From: Thermodesulfobacteriota bacterium
GTDB lineage: Bacteria; Desulfobacterota_D; UBA1144; Nemesobacterales; UBA2774
Direction of reading: 5' to 3'
DNA length: 64,000 bases
NCBI GenBank assembly: GCA_963422265.1
Contig: OY729416.1
Coordinates: forward strand, 1,152,001-1,216,000
In this document: positions 51,448-63,142 of the stretch, piece after piece
Layout: every line of letters begins with the position of its first letter
Numbering within the stretch: position 1 is the stretch's first letter
Position numbers and translations under genes: made by a program
The notes under the pieces: model-generated
The model's database searches: none
What the model saw: only the letters and a program-made list of their open reading frames with translations
What the model was told of the DNA's origin: nothing

Positions 51448-52083
51448 CTACAATTTTATGCTAACTGAAACCCCATCTCTAATAGGTATAATTGTTGTGT
51501 AAAAGCCCTCGTGAGACATAATAAGACGCGTAAACTCCCTAATCCCTTCACTGGATTCTGACTTGTCACTGGTTAGCACCCTTCCGCTCCATAGTAGATT
51601 ATCTGTAATAAGAAGCCCCCCTTTTTGCAGTATGCGATAAGACTCGTCAACTACACTAGGATAAAGCTCTTTATCTATATCGTTGAAAATAATATCAAAT
51701 CGCTCTTCAGCACACTCCAAAAAAAATAAGGCGTCACCTTCATAAACGTCAACCCTTTCCCTAACGCCCATCCTTGTGAGAAACTCATTTGCGAGTTTTA
51801 TATTATCGCTAGAATACTCCGTTATATAAACTCTCCCACTATCGCCTATAGCCTTGGCGAACCAATAAGCCGAATAGCCAAATCCTGATCCTAGCTCTAA
51901 AACCTTCTTAGCCCCTGCGATTTTTGTGATCTGATATAAGAATCGTCCTACAAGCGGCCCTATTATCGGAAATTCATTCTCCTCCGCCCATTTTTCCATC
52001 CCCAATAGAGCATCGTCCCTACTAGTATCGCCAAGGCTTTGCAAATACGCCTCTACCTTAGGATTTACAATATAAGTATTTAT
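51448..52083 (-). CDS. Class I SAM-dependent O-methyltransferase (probable ATA start)
   Basis: FPIIGPLVG, LELGSGFGYS, FNDIDK, DNLLWSG, PIRDGV; the frame extends upstream as INTYIVNPKVEAYL to an ATA overlapping the pduO stop. Confidence 0.88.
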   Translation of the reverse strand: MNTYIVNPKVEAYLQSLGDTSRDDALLGMEKWAEENEFPIIGPLVGRFLYQITKIAGAKKVLELGSGFGYSAYWFAKAIGDSGRVYITEYSSDNIKLANEFLTRMGVRERVDVYEGDALFFLECAEERFDIIFNDIDKELYPSVVDESYRILQKGGLLITDNLLWSGRVLTSDKSESSEGIREFTRLIMSHEGFYTTIIPIRDGVSVSIKL

Positions 52084-52664
52084 AGCTCCGTTGACCCCTT
52101 AGGACTATTAAACTTAACGAACGTCTCTTCAAACCCGCTAGTCCGATTTTGCCCCCTGGCTAGGATAAATAAAAGATCTGAGAGGCGATTTAAGTACACG
52201 GGAACATTACTGCTAACGCCCTCTCCTTTTTCTTCCACGAGTTCTACTACTTTTCTCTCGGCTCTCCTACATACAGTCCTTGCTAAATGGAGACAGGAAC
52301 CTCCGGGAGTGCCGCTCGGAAGTATGAACTCTTTAAGAGGCTCAAGTTCTTCGAGGAATCTATCCATTATAGACTCAAGCCTTGTCACAGCTTCTTTGGT
52401 AATTCTAGGAACATTCACATCGGGAGGGCTTGCGAGATCCGCTCCAACGATGAATAGATCATTCTGAATTTGAGCTAATAAGTCATTAATCTCGCCATCA
52501 TTAAGCAGAGACCGAGCCATCCCTAATACTGCATTTAACTCATCTACCTCACCGTAGGCATGCACCCTCAATGAAGCTTTGCTAACCCTTGAACCTCCAA
52601 CGAGCGAGGTCTGTCCTTTATCGCCTGTTTTGGTATATACCTTAGTAATTCTCTTCTTTTCCAC
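52080..52664 (-). CDS. pduO: PduO-type cob(I)alamin adenosyltransferase
   Basis: KVYTKTGDKGQT, AYGEVDELN, FILPSG, ARTVCRRAER, YLNRLSDLLF. Confidence 0.93.
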   Translation of the reverse strand: MEKKRITKVYTKTGDKGQTSLVGGSRVSKASLRVHAYGEVDELNAVLGMARSLLNDGEINDLLAQIQNDLFIVGADLASPPDVNVPRITKEAVTRLESIMDRFLEELEPLKEFILPSGTPGGSCLHLARTVCRRAERKVVELVEEKGEGVSSNVPVYLNRLSDLLFILARGQNRTSGFEETFVKFNSPKGSTEL

Positions 52665-52866
52665 TCTAAAATTCTAACCGAAGGGCAAATGTGGTTCAAT
52701 TTTAAGAAAAGATGTAAGCGGGTCACGCCTTATTACAGTAAAGGCAAAGGACTAACTCAGGTAACGAGACATACAGCTCATTCTGAAAAAATCCAATACT
52801 TTCAATTGATTCCAATCTAGATTCTACATAAAATTACGTAAAAAGGATACAACCAAATAATTGTTC

Positions 52867-54334
52867 ATGCCTCAAAGTCTATATAAAACAGACGAAAGCT
52901 TGTTGGAAAAATGGCCATCGGGGCTATTGGAACTAAAAAAGTATTTGTAGATTTAGCCAAGCAGGGTCATAGCCCTATAGAATTAGAACGTGGATCCACA
53001 GGTTTCAAAATATGAAAAACAAGAAAAATCAAACGTTTGAGAGTACCAGACATTCTATGCGTAAATTCTGGACTACGAGTAGAATCCAGAGCAAAAACTA
53101 GTATGACCATTTCTATATCACACTCAGAAGTAAGCCCTACACGTGGATGGAATTATGGATTAACAGATGATGATTACACGGCATTAGTTTTCTGTAGTCG
53201 CACCGGAGAAAAACCAATTGACTGGCAAGCCGACAACCTAGTTCAATATATAAAAGTATCTGATCTAAGAACCGCGTATAAAAGCAACAGAGTAATAATA
53301 GAAAAGCCAAAAGGGTCTCAAGAAGGTTTTGAAACTAGGATTACATGGACTTACGCTGTAGCCAGCAGTGATGGCAAAGTTACTAATATAGATAAAAACA
53401 GAATACAATTTAGAAGAAAGACAGATAGCAGAATCATCACATTGCAATTGACAAGGAATTCTATTCACATAGAACCAATTGTTACAATTGGTGAAAACAT
53501 ACAGAAAAACAAAATTCTGACATCAGTTACTAAAGTAAGTTTAGCCGTTCCTATTAAAAGTATTGGGCGAATCTTTCTATGTGTACCTGTTCAACAGCAA
53601 TTCTGCAGATAGGTACACAGCAGCAAAAGCACTATCCTTTTCTCAATTAACAGAACACACGAAGGATATTCTAGTTGACAGAATCAAAGATGAGAGTGAA
53701 TACATATACGTCCGCCTAGAAGTTGCTTCTACTCTCGCAAGATTAGGGCTAAAAGAGGGTTTCACATATATAGAAAAGATATTACAAAACGACTATCTAG
53801 CATATAAACTTGAAGCGATTATTATCCTAGGATAAATAAAAGAAAAAAGGTCCGCTGAATTACTTATATCCATATTAAATGATTCAAAGGAACATCCCGA
53901 CATTCGTGGAGGAGAGCCGCGTGGTCCCTTGGCAAACTCAATCAGAAACACACTGTAAAAGCACTAGTAACCGCATTTAATTCAAGACATAACAAAGTTC
54001 AAATTGAAGATGCTAGAGCATTATCCCGATTACACGATAATTACACACCTAATGTGCTTGGTTATTTTGCCAACACATCTGAAACTGAAAGACCTGGTAT
54101 TTCTTGGGCTCTTAGCAAAACGGAAAATGGAGGCTAGACGACTTGTTAAAACACACTCCTCCTGATGATTTTGATGCTAGGCAATGGGCGGCATATATAA
54201 TTGGAACAAATGACCAAAAAAAAGTTATGAATGAGATAGAAAAGATAAAAAGCCACGACCCAGAATTATACTTTGCCGTCACGCTACTATGGAGAATTTT
54301 ATCAAGTTGTATCTATGGGCTAGAGCAGTATTGA
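52867..54334 (+). pseudogene. Putative PD-(D/E)XK nuclease fused to HEAT repeats; multiple frameshifts and stops
   Basis: Reconstructed across frames: MPQSLYKTDESLLEK/MAIGAIGTKKVF..IELERGSTGFKI*..RVPDILCVNSGLRVESRAK..; C-half has HEAT-like repeats (RYTAAKALS, VRLEVASTLARLG, AAWSLGKL, EDARALSRL); TGA at 53013 and TAA at 53833. Confidence 0.7.
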
Positions 54335-54349
54335 TCTATTGAGATAGCA

Positions 54350-55148
54350 TAAAATTATTGTACAAAACCAAATTCGGTAAAGCCTTTGTCGGTGATTTTC
54401 TTCTATTAATGAAAGAATTAGAATCCGTAGATTTAGTCATAACTTCACCGCCATTCGCACTTCAAAAAAAAAGAATATGGGAATAAGGATCAAAATGTTT
54501 ATGTAGAGTGGCTACTAGTCTATTGTAAAGAAATAAAAAGGATTTTGAAAAAGACAGGAAGTTTAGTAATTGATTTATAGGGGGGGGGCGTATAAAAAAA
54601 GAGACCAGTTCGTTCTCTGTACAATTTCAGAGTGCTAATCAGGATGTGTGATGAGTGTGGATTCAATCTTGCAGAAGAATTTTATTGGTACAATCTAGCT
54701 AAGTATTACAAGCCGAGAAAAAGACCATCCGGACACGACATTTCAAAAGGCTTCTATAACGGCGGTAAGGGAGCAATTCCATCTAATTTACTTCAAATTC
54801 CAAATACAGAAAGCAATACAAAATACTTAAAATTGTGCGAAGAATTTAATGCAAAGAAACATCCTGCGCGCTTTCCTATTGAATTGCCTGAATTGCCAAC
54901 TTTTTTTATAGATTTCTTGACAGATCCTGGCGATCTAATTCTTGATGTATTTGCAGGCTCTAATACCACTGGACAGGCATTTGAGTTAAAAAAAGAATTG
55001 GATTGCATGTGAGTTGGATTACGAATACTTAGCATCATCTGCCCTAAGATTGTTTCATGAGCCTATCACAAAACACCATAAGAACATTTTCCTAAGACTA
55101 TTAGATAAAAAAGCTGGATTTACCAGACCTTGCAAATTATCATTTTGA
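54350..55148 (+). pseudogene. Beta-class N4-cytosine DNA methyltransferase (M.PvuII-like), disrupted
   Basis: SVDLVITSPPFAL (motif IV, TSPPF at 54442), SLYNFRVLIRMCDECGF.LAEEFYW, HPARFP, LDVFAGSNTTG (motif I), WIACELDYEYLASSALR; frameshifts at A and G runs and an apparent internal deletion. Confidence 0.85.
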
Positions 55149-55283
55149 AAATGAAGTTGATCAAAAGAAATTATATTTTACGTAGATTATTTCTCATTAA
55201 ATCTTATAGGCAGCAGAATATTATACGCCTCACCATAAGGATTTCTACCAACTTGTAAATGGAACAGTTTTAGGGAAAGAACA

Positions 55284-56072
55284 TCAACCCCTGAGAAAAT
55301 CTAGAACCAAGTCGTCAACCTCTTGATGCTTCTCTCTCCAAAAACCATGACCTACGTCTTTGAATATCTTCAACTTAGAATCAGGAATTAATTCGCAAAG
55401 CTCATAAGAGCGTTTCGGCGACGCTATAAGATCGTTTTCTCCAGACATAACAAGCGTGGAAGCTTTTATTCTATTCAGCAAATCAGAGGTATTATGCCCT
55501 TCACAGGCAAGGCTCTGACTTATGTATCCCTTTAACGCCTGAGGTTTCTCGGGAATAGAATCCGCCGCCGCCTTTATACTGCCGAGATTTCTTTCTATAT
55601 ACTCCCTAGTATATCCAAAATATAGAGCCATAAGCCACACCGTTTTCATACCTGCCTTTGAAGCTATCTCACGTCCAATCCTGAGAATTTCGTTACCGAC
55701 TTCATCCCTTGAAGCCGAGGAGCATCCCAACACAAGCTTTCGCACCTTGTCTGGATACTTAATCGCAAGCCACTGTCCTATCATGCCACCCATAGACTTA
55801 CCAACGATATGAGCGGACTCTAATCCTAACGAATCCATCAGACCCGCGGTATCATCAGCCATATCCTGCGTGGAAAATGGGGCACCTGGTTTATCAGACC
55901 TACCCGATCCACGGTTATCAAAAAGGACAACTTTGAAATGCTTTGAGTAAATAGGAACCTGAGACGCCCAGCTTTCCAACTGACTTCCAAGCCCGCTAAT
56001 CAGAACTAAAGGAAATCCCTCGCCGTGGACCTCATAATTGAGTTTAAAGCCGTTCACGTTTGCGTAAGGCAT
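55284..56072 (-). CDS. Alpha/beta-fold hydrolase
   Basis: FDNRGSGRS, GKSMGG nucleophile elbow, GENDLI, DVGHG. Confidence 0.92.
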   Translation of the reverse strand: MPYANVNGFKLNYEVHGEGFPLVLISGLGSQLESWASQVPIYSKHFKVVLFDNRGSGRSDKPGAPFSTQDMADDTAGLMDSLGLESAHIVGKSMGGMIGQWLAIKYPDKVRKLVLGCSSASRDEVGNEILRIGREIASKAGMKTVWLMALYFGYTREYIERNLGSIKAAADSIPEKPQALKGYISQSLACEGHNTSDLLNRIKASTLVMSGENDLIASPKRSYELCELIPDSKLKIFKDVGHGFWREKHQEVDDLVLDFLRG

Positions 56073-56407
56073 TCTGATTTAGCCCTCCTTGATCCTAGTT
56101 CTAAAGAACCAAAAGCTTTCAGGCATTCTCTGGCAGTCCTAAGTTCCTGTTCAGTGAAGAGATTATTACAAGGGTCCTTTAAGACTAGATCTTCCACTGA
56201 TAAATCAAGACTTCCTAACTCCCATAGCTTTGTAAGACCTTCGGGATACTTCGGTGAGTGAAGCAACCGTCTGGCTGTTTCCACACCACCATCTTTGTCA
56301 ACCATCTGTTTGAAACGCGTAGGATTATATGATGGGCACTCGGAACGAGTCCTCCCGTAAAGGTCGAGCATTTCTTCGCGAAAAGCTGATTCTATATTTT
56401 CACTCAC
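56054..56407 (-). CDS. Uncharacterised helical-domain protein
   Basis: FREEMLDLY..YNPTRFKQMV...GGVETARRLL..EGLTKLWE.G.LDLSVE.LVL..LFTEQEL..AR..L..FG; GTG start at 56407. Confidence 0.7.
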   Translation of the reverse strand: MSENIESAFREEMLDLYGRTRSECPSYNPTRFKQMVDKDGGVETARRLLHSPKYPEGLTKLWELGSLDLSVEDLVLKDPCNNLFTEQELRTARECLKAFGSLELGSRRAKSECLTQT

Positions 56408-56601
56408 TTGCGCAAAAGTTACGTGAAATGGCAATGAATTTCAAGGCTTCGCTAACAACCGTCACTCTTACAAGGCTATGTAAATACAGGGTTATCGGCG
56501 TTTACTTTCATCTTAGCTGCACTCCCATTTCATGAGAATGATAGACACTAACGCATAGCACCCGACATGATAGCTTTACCCAAATTCCTATACCAAATAT
56601 A

Positions 56602-57015
56602 TTAGGACGATTTCGACGACAAGTACTCCTGAAGTATGCAGACCGCCGCCATTCTATCTATTACTTTTTTTCTCTTTCTCCTACTCACGTCAGCTTTGAG
56701 AAGAACCGTTTCAGCGTTAACGGTGGAATAACTTTCGTCCCAAAACTTAATATCAAGCTGAATCTCCTCCTTTACAATCTCGGCGAACTCAAAAATCCCT
56801 TGACCTCGTTTAGAGATGGAGCCATCTTGTCTCAAAGGAAGACCCACCAATATCTCTGAAGGCTTATATTGACCAACTATAATTTTTAGCTCTGAAAGAT
56901 CGTTCTCGACGCCGGTCCTTCTAATAGTAGTTACGCCATTCGCCGCAATGCTAAGCTCATCGCTAACGGCAACGCCAATAGTTTTTGTTCCTACGTCAAG
57001 GGCTAAAGTGCGCAC
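56602..57015 (-). CDS. yqgF: YqgF/RuvX pre-16S rRNA nuclease
   Basis: LALDVGTKTIGVAVSD, VGLP, WDESYST, IDRMAA..ILQ.YL. Confidence 0.95.
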   Translation of the reverse strand: MRTLALDVGTKTIGVAVSDELSIAANGVTTIRRTGVENDLSELKIIVGQYKPSEILVGLPLRQDGSISKRGQGIFEFAEIVKEEIQLDIKFWDESYSTVNAETVLLKADVSRRKRKKVIDRMAAVCILQEYLSSKSS

Positions 57016-57141
57016 AGTCTCATTTCTCCATTGGGTAACGACTTTCAAGTCATTACAGGTTTTATGCTCTTCTAACGTTCTATATTTCGTCCACTATGAG
57101 CTAAGCTTGAGAAGAAGACCGATACTAAACTTAGATAAAGG

Positions 57142-57564
57142 TTATCTAGCTAATAACGCAGCCGAGACCACGGCAAACGCTACTCCCACAATTTCCCTAG
57201 CCCCTAGACGCTCGCCTAAAAATGTGAAAGCTAACAAAACCGTTACCGCAGGATAAACGGCTGACAGCGGGACAAGCAAAGAAAGCTTTGCGTATTTAAG
57301 AGCCACTATGAAAAAAACTGTTCCAACTCCCCAGCTAAGACCCATTAGGATCGCCCAGTAATTTATGGACATGCTACTAAGCAAATTACTCAATATAACG
57401 TTTCTGTTATACGTTACAAAAGCAACGAAAACCGTAAGCGTCCCAATACCTTCAAAAAAATATATCCTGTAGGGTATATCCTTAAAAGAGGCTAGCTTCC
57501 CGAAAAAACTGCCAAACGAGAAGAGTAGCGTTGCGAGCAAAGTCAGAAGGAACCATCTTTCCAC
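57142..57564 (-). CDS. EamA/DMT-family small membrane transporter
   Basis: Five hydrophobic helices; PLSAVYPAVTVLLA..FLGERL. Confidence 0.85.
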   Translation of the reverse strand: MERWFLLTLLATLLFSFGSFFGKLASFKDIPYRIYFFEGIGTLTVFVAFVTYNRNVILSNLLSSMSINYWAILMGLSWGVGTVFFIVALKYAKLSLLVPLSAVYPAVTVLLAFTFLGERLGAREIVGVAFAVVSAALLAR

Positions 57565-57596
57565 CGTCTTTTCTCCTTAAATCCTGACTCGCGAAA

Positions 57597-58955
57597 TTAA
57601 AGGTCGTATCCTGCTTCACCGTGATCAGCAATATCAAGACCCTCGTATTCTCCTTCATCACTAACTCTAAGTCCTATAGAAAAATCTATAAGTTTGAGAA
57701 TTACAAAAGATAACACTGCACAATACGCAATCACGAAGAGAGCTGAAAAGAGCTGAACACCTAACTGCTTGCCAATATCTAAATTTTCAACCGTTCCCCC
57801 TAAACTAACGGATGCAAAGAACGAAACCATTATTATTCCAACAAATCCACCTACCCCATGAACCCCTACAACGTCTAAGGCATCGTCATATTTGAGGCGA
57901 TACTTAAGCCACGTAGCGGCCACGTAAGCAAGAAGCGCAGAGGTAAACCCGATGGCTAACGCTCCGATAGGCCCGACCGTGCCTGAAGCGGGCGTAATGG
58001 CTGCTAGCCCTGCAATAGCCCCCGTTGCGAATCCAAGAGCGCTGGGCTTCCCATTCCTTATCCATTCTATCGCTATCCATGTAAGAGCTGCGACGCACGG
58101 CGATATCTGGGTTACTACTAGCGCCATAGCAGCCTGTCCATTTGCGGCAAGCGCGCTTCCCCCGTTAAAGCCGAACCATCCAACCCACAGCATCGCGGTG
58201 CCGGTTAGAGTCATCGTCATATTGTGAGGGGGGGTAGGCACGGGGTAGCCACTCCTTTTACCTACGAGAACAGCTGCAATCAGAGCTGCGACGGCGGCGG
58301 TTATATGCACGACTATTCCACCGGCAAAATCAAAAACGCCCATGTCTCCGAGAAAGGACCCTTCCCCACCCCATATCATGTGAGCCACAGGAAAGTAAAC
58401 CAAAATAACCCAGAGCGCAGTAAAACACAACATAGCCGAGAATTTCATTCTTTCGGCAAATGCGCCTACTATAAGGGCAGGCGTAATGATGGCGAAAGTA
58501 AGCTGAAACGCTATAAAAGTAAGCTCGGGAATTGTCCCCGACAGGCTGTCAGGCGTTACGCCACTTAAGAAAGCCTTAGAAAAACCACCGATGAAGGCTT
58601 GAATGTTTCTCTCTCCGGCTACCATGCCGGTAGTATCAAACGCAAGACTATAGCCAAAAACAATCCAAATTATAGTAACTATAGCAGTTATGGCGAAGCA
58701 CTGCATGTATATGGATAGGACGTTCTTTCTAGCCACCAGACCGGCGTAGAACATAGCGAGTCCCGGTATCGTCATAAATAAAACCAGCGCTGTGGATATT
58801 AATATCCAAGTCGTATCGCCAGAATCTAAACCATCCTGAGCTAATACTAACGTGGGAAACGAGAGAAGGAAAGTCAGTAATAGTAAAGTGAACCTGCTAA
58901 AGAATGGGATTAGAAATTTCATGTTTTTTACCTCTTTCTTAACTCTGTTTTGCAT
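57597..58955 (-). CDS. amtB: Ammonium transporter
   Basis: FQLTFAIIT, DFAGGIVVH, WVGWFGFNGGS, DDALDVVGVHG (twin His present). Confidence 0.97.
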   Translation of the reverse strand: MQNRVKKEVKNMKFLIPFFSRFTLLLLTFLLSFPTLVLAQDGLDSGDTTWILISTALVLFMTIPGLAMFYAGLVARKNVLSIYMQCFAITAIVTIIWIVFGYSLAFDTTGMVAGERNIQAFIGGFSKAFLSGVTPDSLSGTIPELTFIAFQLTFAIITPALIVGAFAERMKFSAMLCFTALWVILVYFPVAHMIWGGEGSFLGDMGVFDFAGGIVVHITAAVAALIAAVLVGKRSGYPVPTPPHNMTMTLTGTAMLWVGWFGFNGGSALAANGQAAMALVVTQISPCVAALTWIAIEWIRNGKPSALGFATGAIAGLAAITPASGTVGPIGALAIGFTSALLAYVAATWLKYRLKYDDALDVVGVHGVGGFVGIIMVSFFASVSLGGTVENLDIGKQLGVQLFSALFVIAYCAVLSFVILKLIDFSIGLRVSDEGEYEGLDIADHGEAGYDL

Positions 58956-59057
58956 TATTTCCTACATACAAATAACAACTGCGCGTCTTCTTAGCTTTAA
59001 TTTTATAATATCCCTTACACGCAACAATGATCCATAACAGAATAAAAACATACCCAA

Positions 59058-60059
59058 CTACCTTGTTAAATCCACCAGAACCCTTCCCTTATGTTTGCCT
59101 TGAAGAATGAGTTCTATATTCTCATCAAGCTCATCAAGACTTATTTCATTTGCAAGATTATCAAGCTGACTTATTTTCCACTCCTCCGCTATCTTATTCC
59201 AAATACGTTCTCTAATATCCATAGGACAATTCTGCGAATCAATTCCTATGAGCTTTACGCCCCTTAAAATAAATGGATAGACGTTGAGAGGTAAATTGGA
59301 TGACGCTACGTTGCCACAGCACGTAACGACTCCCATGGGCTTGGTTGCCCTGATAGCCGTAGCGAGTATATCGCCCCCAACGGTATCAACAACTCCAGCC
59401 CACCTTCCTTTTAACAGAAGCCTCCCTGACTCATCCGTTGATTCCTGTCTGCTGATAACCTCCTTTGCCCCTAAATCATGGAGAAACTGCTTTTGACTCG
59501 TCTTTCCGGTAGATGCGGCAACTTGAAAACCCAACTCGGCAAGCATCGCTACGGCGACGCTGCCGACCCCTCCAGTCGCTCCCGTAACAAGGATTTCGCC
59601 TTTATCAGGAGTAAGTCCATTATTCTCAAGCTCAAGCACACAATAAGCAGAGGTAAAACCCGCCGACCCATAAATCATACTTTCCCTGATTGAAAGATTA
59701 GTAGGAACTTTTATAACCCAATTGGCAGGCACCCTAATATATTCCCCAAACCCCCCTGAAGTGTTACAGCCAAGATCATAGGCATGCACTAAGACTTCTT
59801 CTCCCACGCTAAAACCGGGAGACGTGCTCTCCGCTATCACGCCAGAGGCGTCAACGCCCGGCGTATGGGGATAGTTCCTCGTAACGCCTCTGTTTCCATG
59901 TGCCGAAAGAGCGTCTTTATAATTCAGGGAAGAATAAAGAACCTTTACCAATACGTCTCCAGGAGGGAGGTCCTCTATTGATCTTCGTTTTATACTTCTC
60001 TCAAACTTGTTTTCCCCAACCTGCTCTACAACCATAGCCCTAAACATTTCTTCACTCAC
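59058..60059 (-). CDS. YhdH/AcuI-family NADPH quinone oxidoreductase (acrylyl-CoA reductase-like)
   Basis: YSSLNYKDAL, TGATGGVGS, VDTVGG, PFILRGVKLIGIDS. Confidence 0.92.
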   Translation of the reverse strand: MSEEMFRAMVVEQVGENKFERSIKRRSIEDLPPGDVLVKVLYSSLNYKDALSAHGNRGVTRNYPHTPGVDASGVIAESTSPGFSVGEEVLVHAYDLGCNTSGGFGEYIRVPANWVIKVPTNLSIRESMIYGSAGFTSAYCVLELENNGLTPDKGEILVTGATGGVGSVAVAMLAELGFQVAASTGKTSQKQFLHDLGAKEVISRQESTDESGRLLLKGRWAGVVDTVGGDILATAIRATKPMGVVTCCGNVASSNLPLNVYPFILRGVKLIGIDSQNCPMDIRERIWNKIAEEWKISQLDNLANEISLDELDENIELILQGKHKGRVLVDLTR

Positions 60060-60076
60060 TAAGCTTCCTCCTTATA

Positions 60077-61984
<1,908 letters not shown>

Positions 61985-62102
61985 CTATTTCCTAATACGC
62001 CACTTAAAATCACACAAGATTTATATTATAAGAGCTTTAATCAAAAAGAGCAATTGAAACCTGAGGTTGTAAAGAATAGTATAGACTAGTAAAATAGACA
62101 GC

Positions 62103-63131
62103 ATGCTCCATATAACGCTAGGAATAGAAAGCTCTTGTGACGAAACCTCCGCAGCTATAATTGAAGATGCAAATAACGCTCTGTCAAACATAGTAGCCTC
62201 CCAAGCTGATATCCATAAGGAATATGGGGGCGTAGTGCCGGAAATAGCATCCAGAAAGCATGTTGAACTGATTCTACCCGTTGTAGATAAAGCCATTAAA
62301 GATGCTCATCTGGCACCCGCGGACATAGATGGTATAGCCGTTACGAATGGTCCGGGATTGATTGGCTCCTTGATGATAGGTCTTTCAACTGCTAAGGCTC
62401 TCTCCTTTGGATGGGGAATACCATTCATAGGAGTGAATCACCTGCAAGCTCACTTGTCCGCCGTGCACCTAGAGCACGAAGTAGAATTCCCGTTTGTCGG
62501 GCTTGTAGTCTCAGGTGGACATACTAGCCTCTACATTGTAAAAGACCATACGGAATATGAGCTAATTGGGAAAACGAGGGACGACGCGGCGGGAGAAGCC
62601 TTTGATAAAGCAGCCAAGGTTTTAGGACTCAATTACCCTGGAGGCGCGGAGATTGACAGGCTTGCCAAAAAAGGAGATAGAGAGACAATACCTTTTCCCA
62701 GACCACTTAAAAACATCTCGACTTTTGATTTTAGCTTTAGCGGAATCAAGACCTCGCTCGTTTATTATCTTAGGAAAGCTTCAAAACTAAATGAAAGCCA
62801 CTTAGCAGATATATGTGCTGGATACCAAGAAGCCATAGTTGAAACACTAGTTGACAAAACCTTAATGGCAGCAAAAGAGAACAACTTAAGTGGAGCCGTA
62901 ATATCCGGGGGGGTCGCCTGCAACTCAAGGCTAAGGGAATTGGCAACCGAGAGGTTTCAAGAACAAGGGTTTTCACTACACATACCCTCGCCCGAATACT
63001 GCACGGACAACGCCGCGATGATAGGAACCCTTGGGGCTTATATGCTTATGAGGGGAACTCATTCGGAACTAAGCCTAATTCCATTTTCAACTAAACGCCC
63101 CAAGCACGCAAGAAGAAAAGATTGTAACTAA
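62103..63131 (+). CDS. tsaD: tRNA t6A threonylcarbamoyltransferase
   Basis: GIESSCDET, GGVVPEIASR, HLQAH, SGGHT, DDAAGEAFDK, CTDNAAMI. Confidence 0.98.
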   Translation: MLHITLGIESSCDETSAAIIEDANNALSNIVASQADIHKEYGGVVPEIASRKHVELILPVVDKAIKDAHLAPADIDGIAVTNGPGLIGSLMIGLSTAKALSFGWGIPFIGVNHLQAHLSAVHLEHEVEFPFVGLVVSGGHTSLYIVKDHTEYELIGKTRDDAAGEAFDKAAKVLGLNYPGGAEIDRLAKKGDRETIPFPRPLKNISTFDFSFSGIKTSLVYYLRKASKLNESHLADICAGYQEAIVETLVDKTLMAAKENNLSGAVISGGVACNSRLRELATERFQEQGFSLHIPSPEYCTDNAAMIGTLGAYMLMRGTHSELSLIPFSTKRPKHARRKDCN

Positions 63132-63142
63132 ACAATCATAAA

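Noticed and set aside
53013-53015. TGA read as Trp (alternative genetic code) in the nuclease gene
   Set aside because: Many housekeeping genes end in TGA, prfB has its UGA frameshift cassette, and the same gene also has a TAA and frameshifts.
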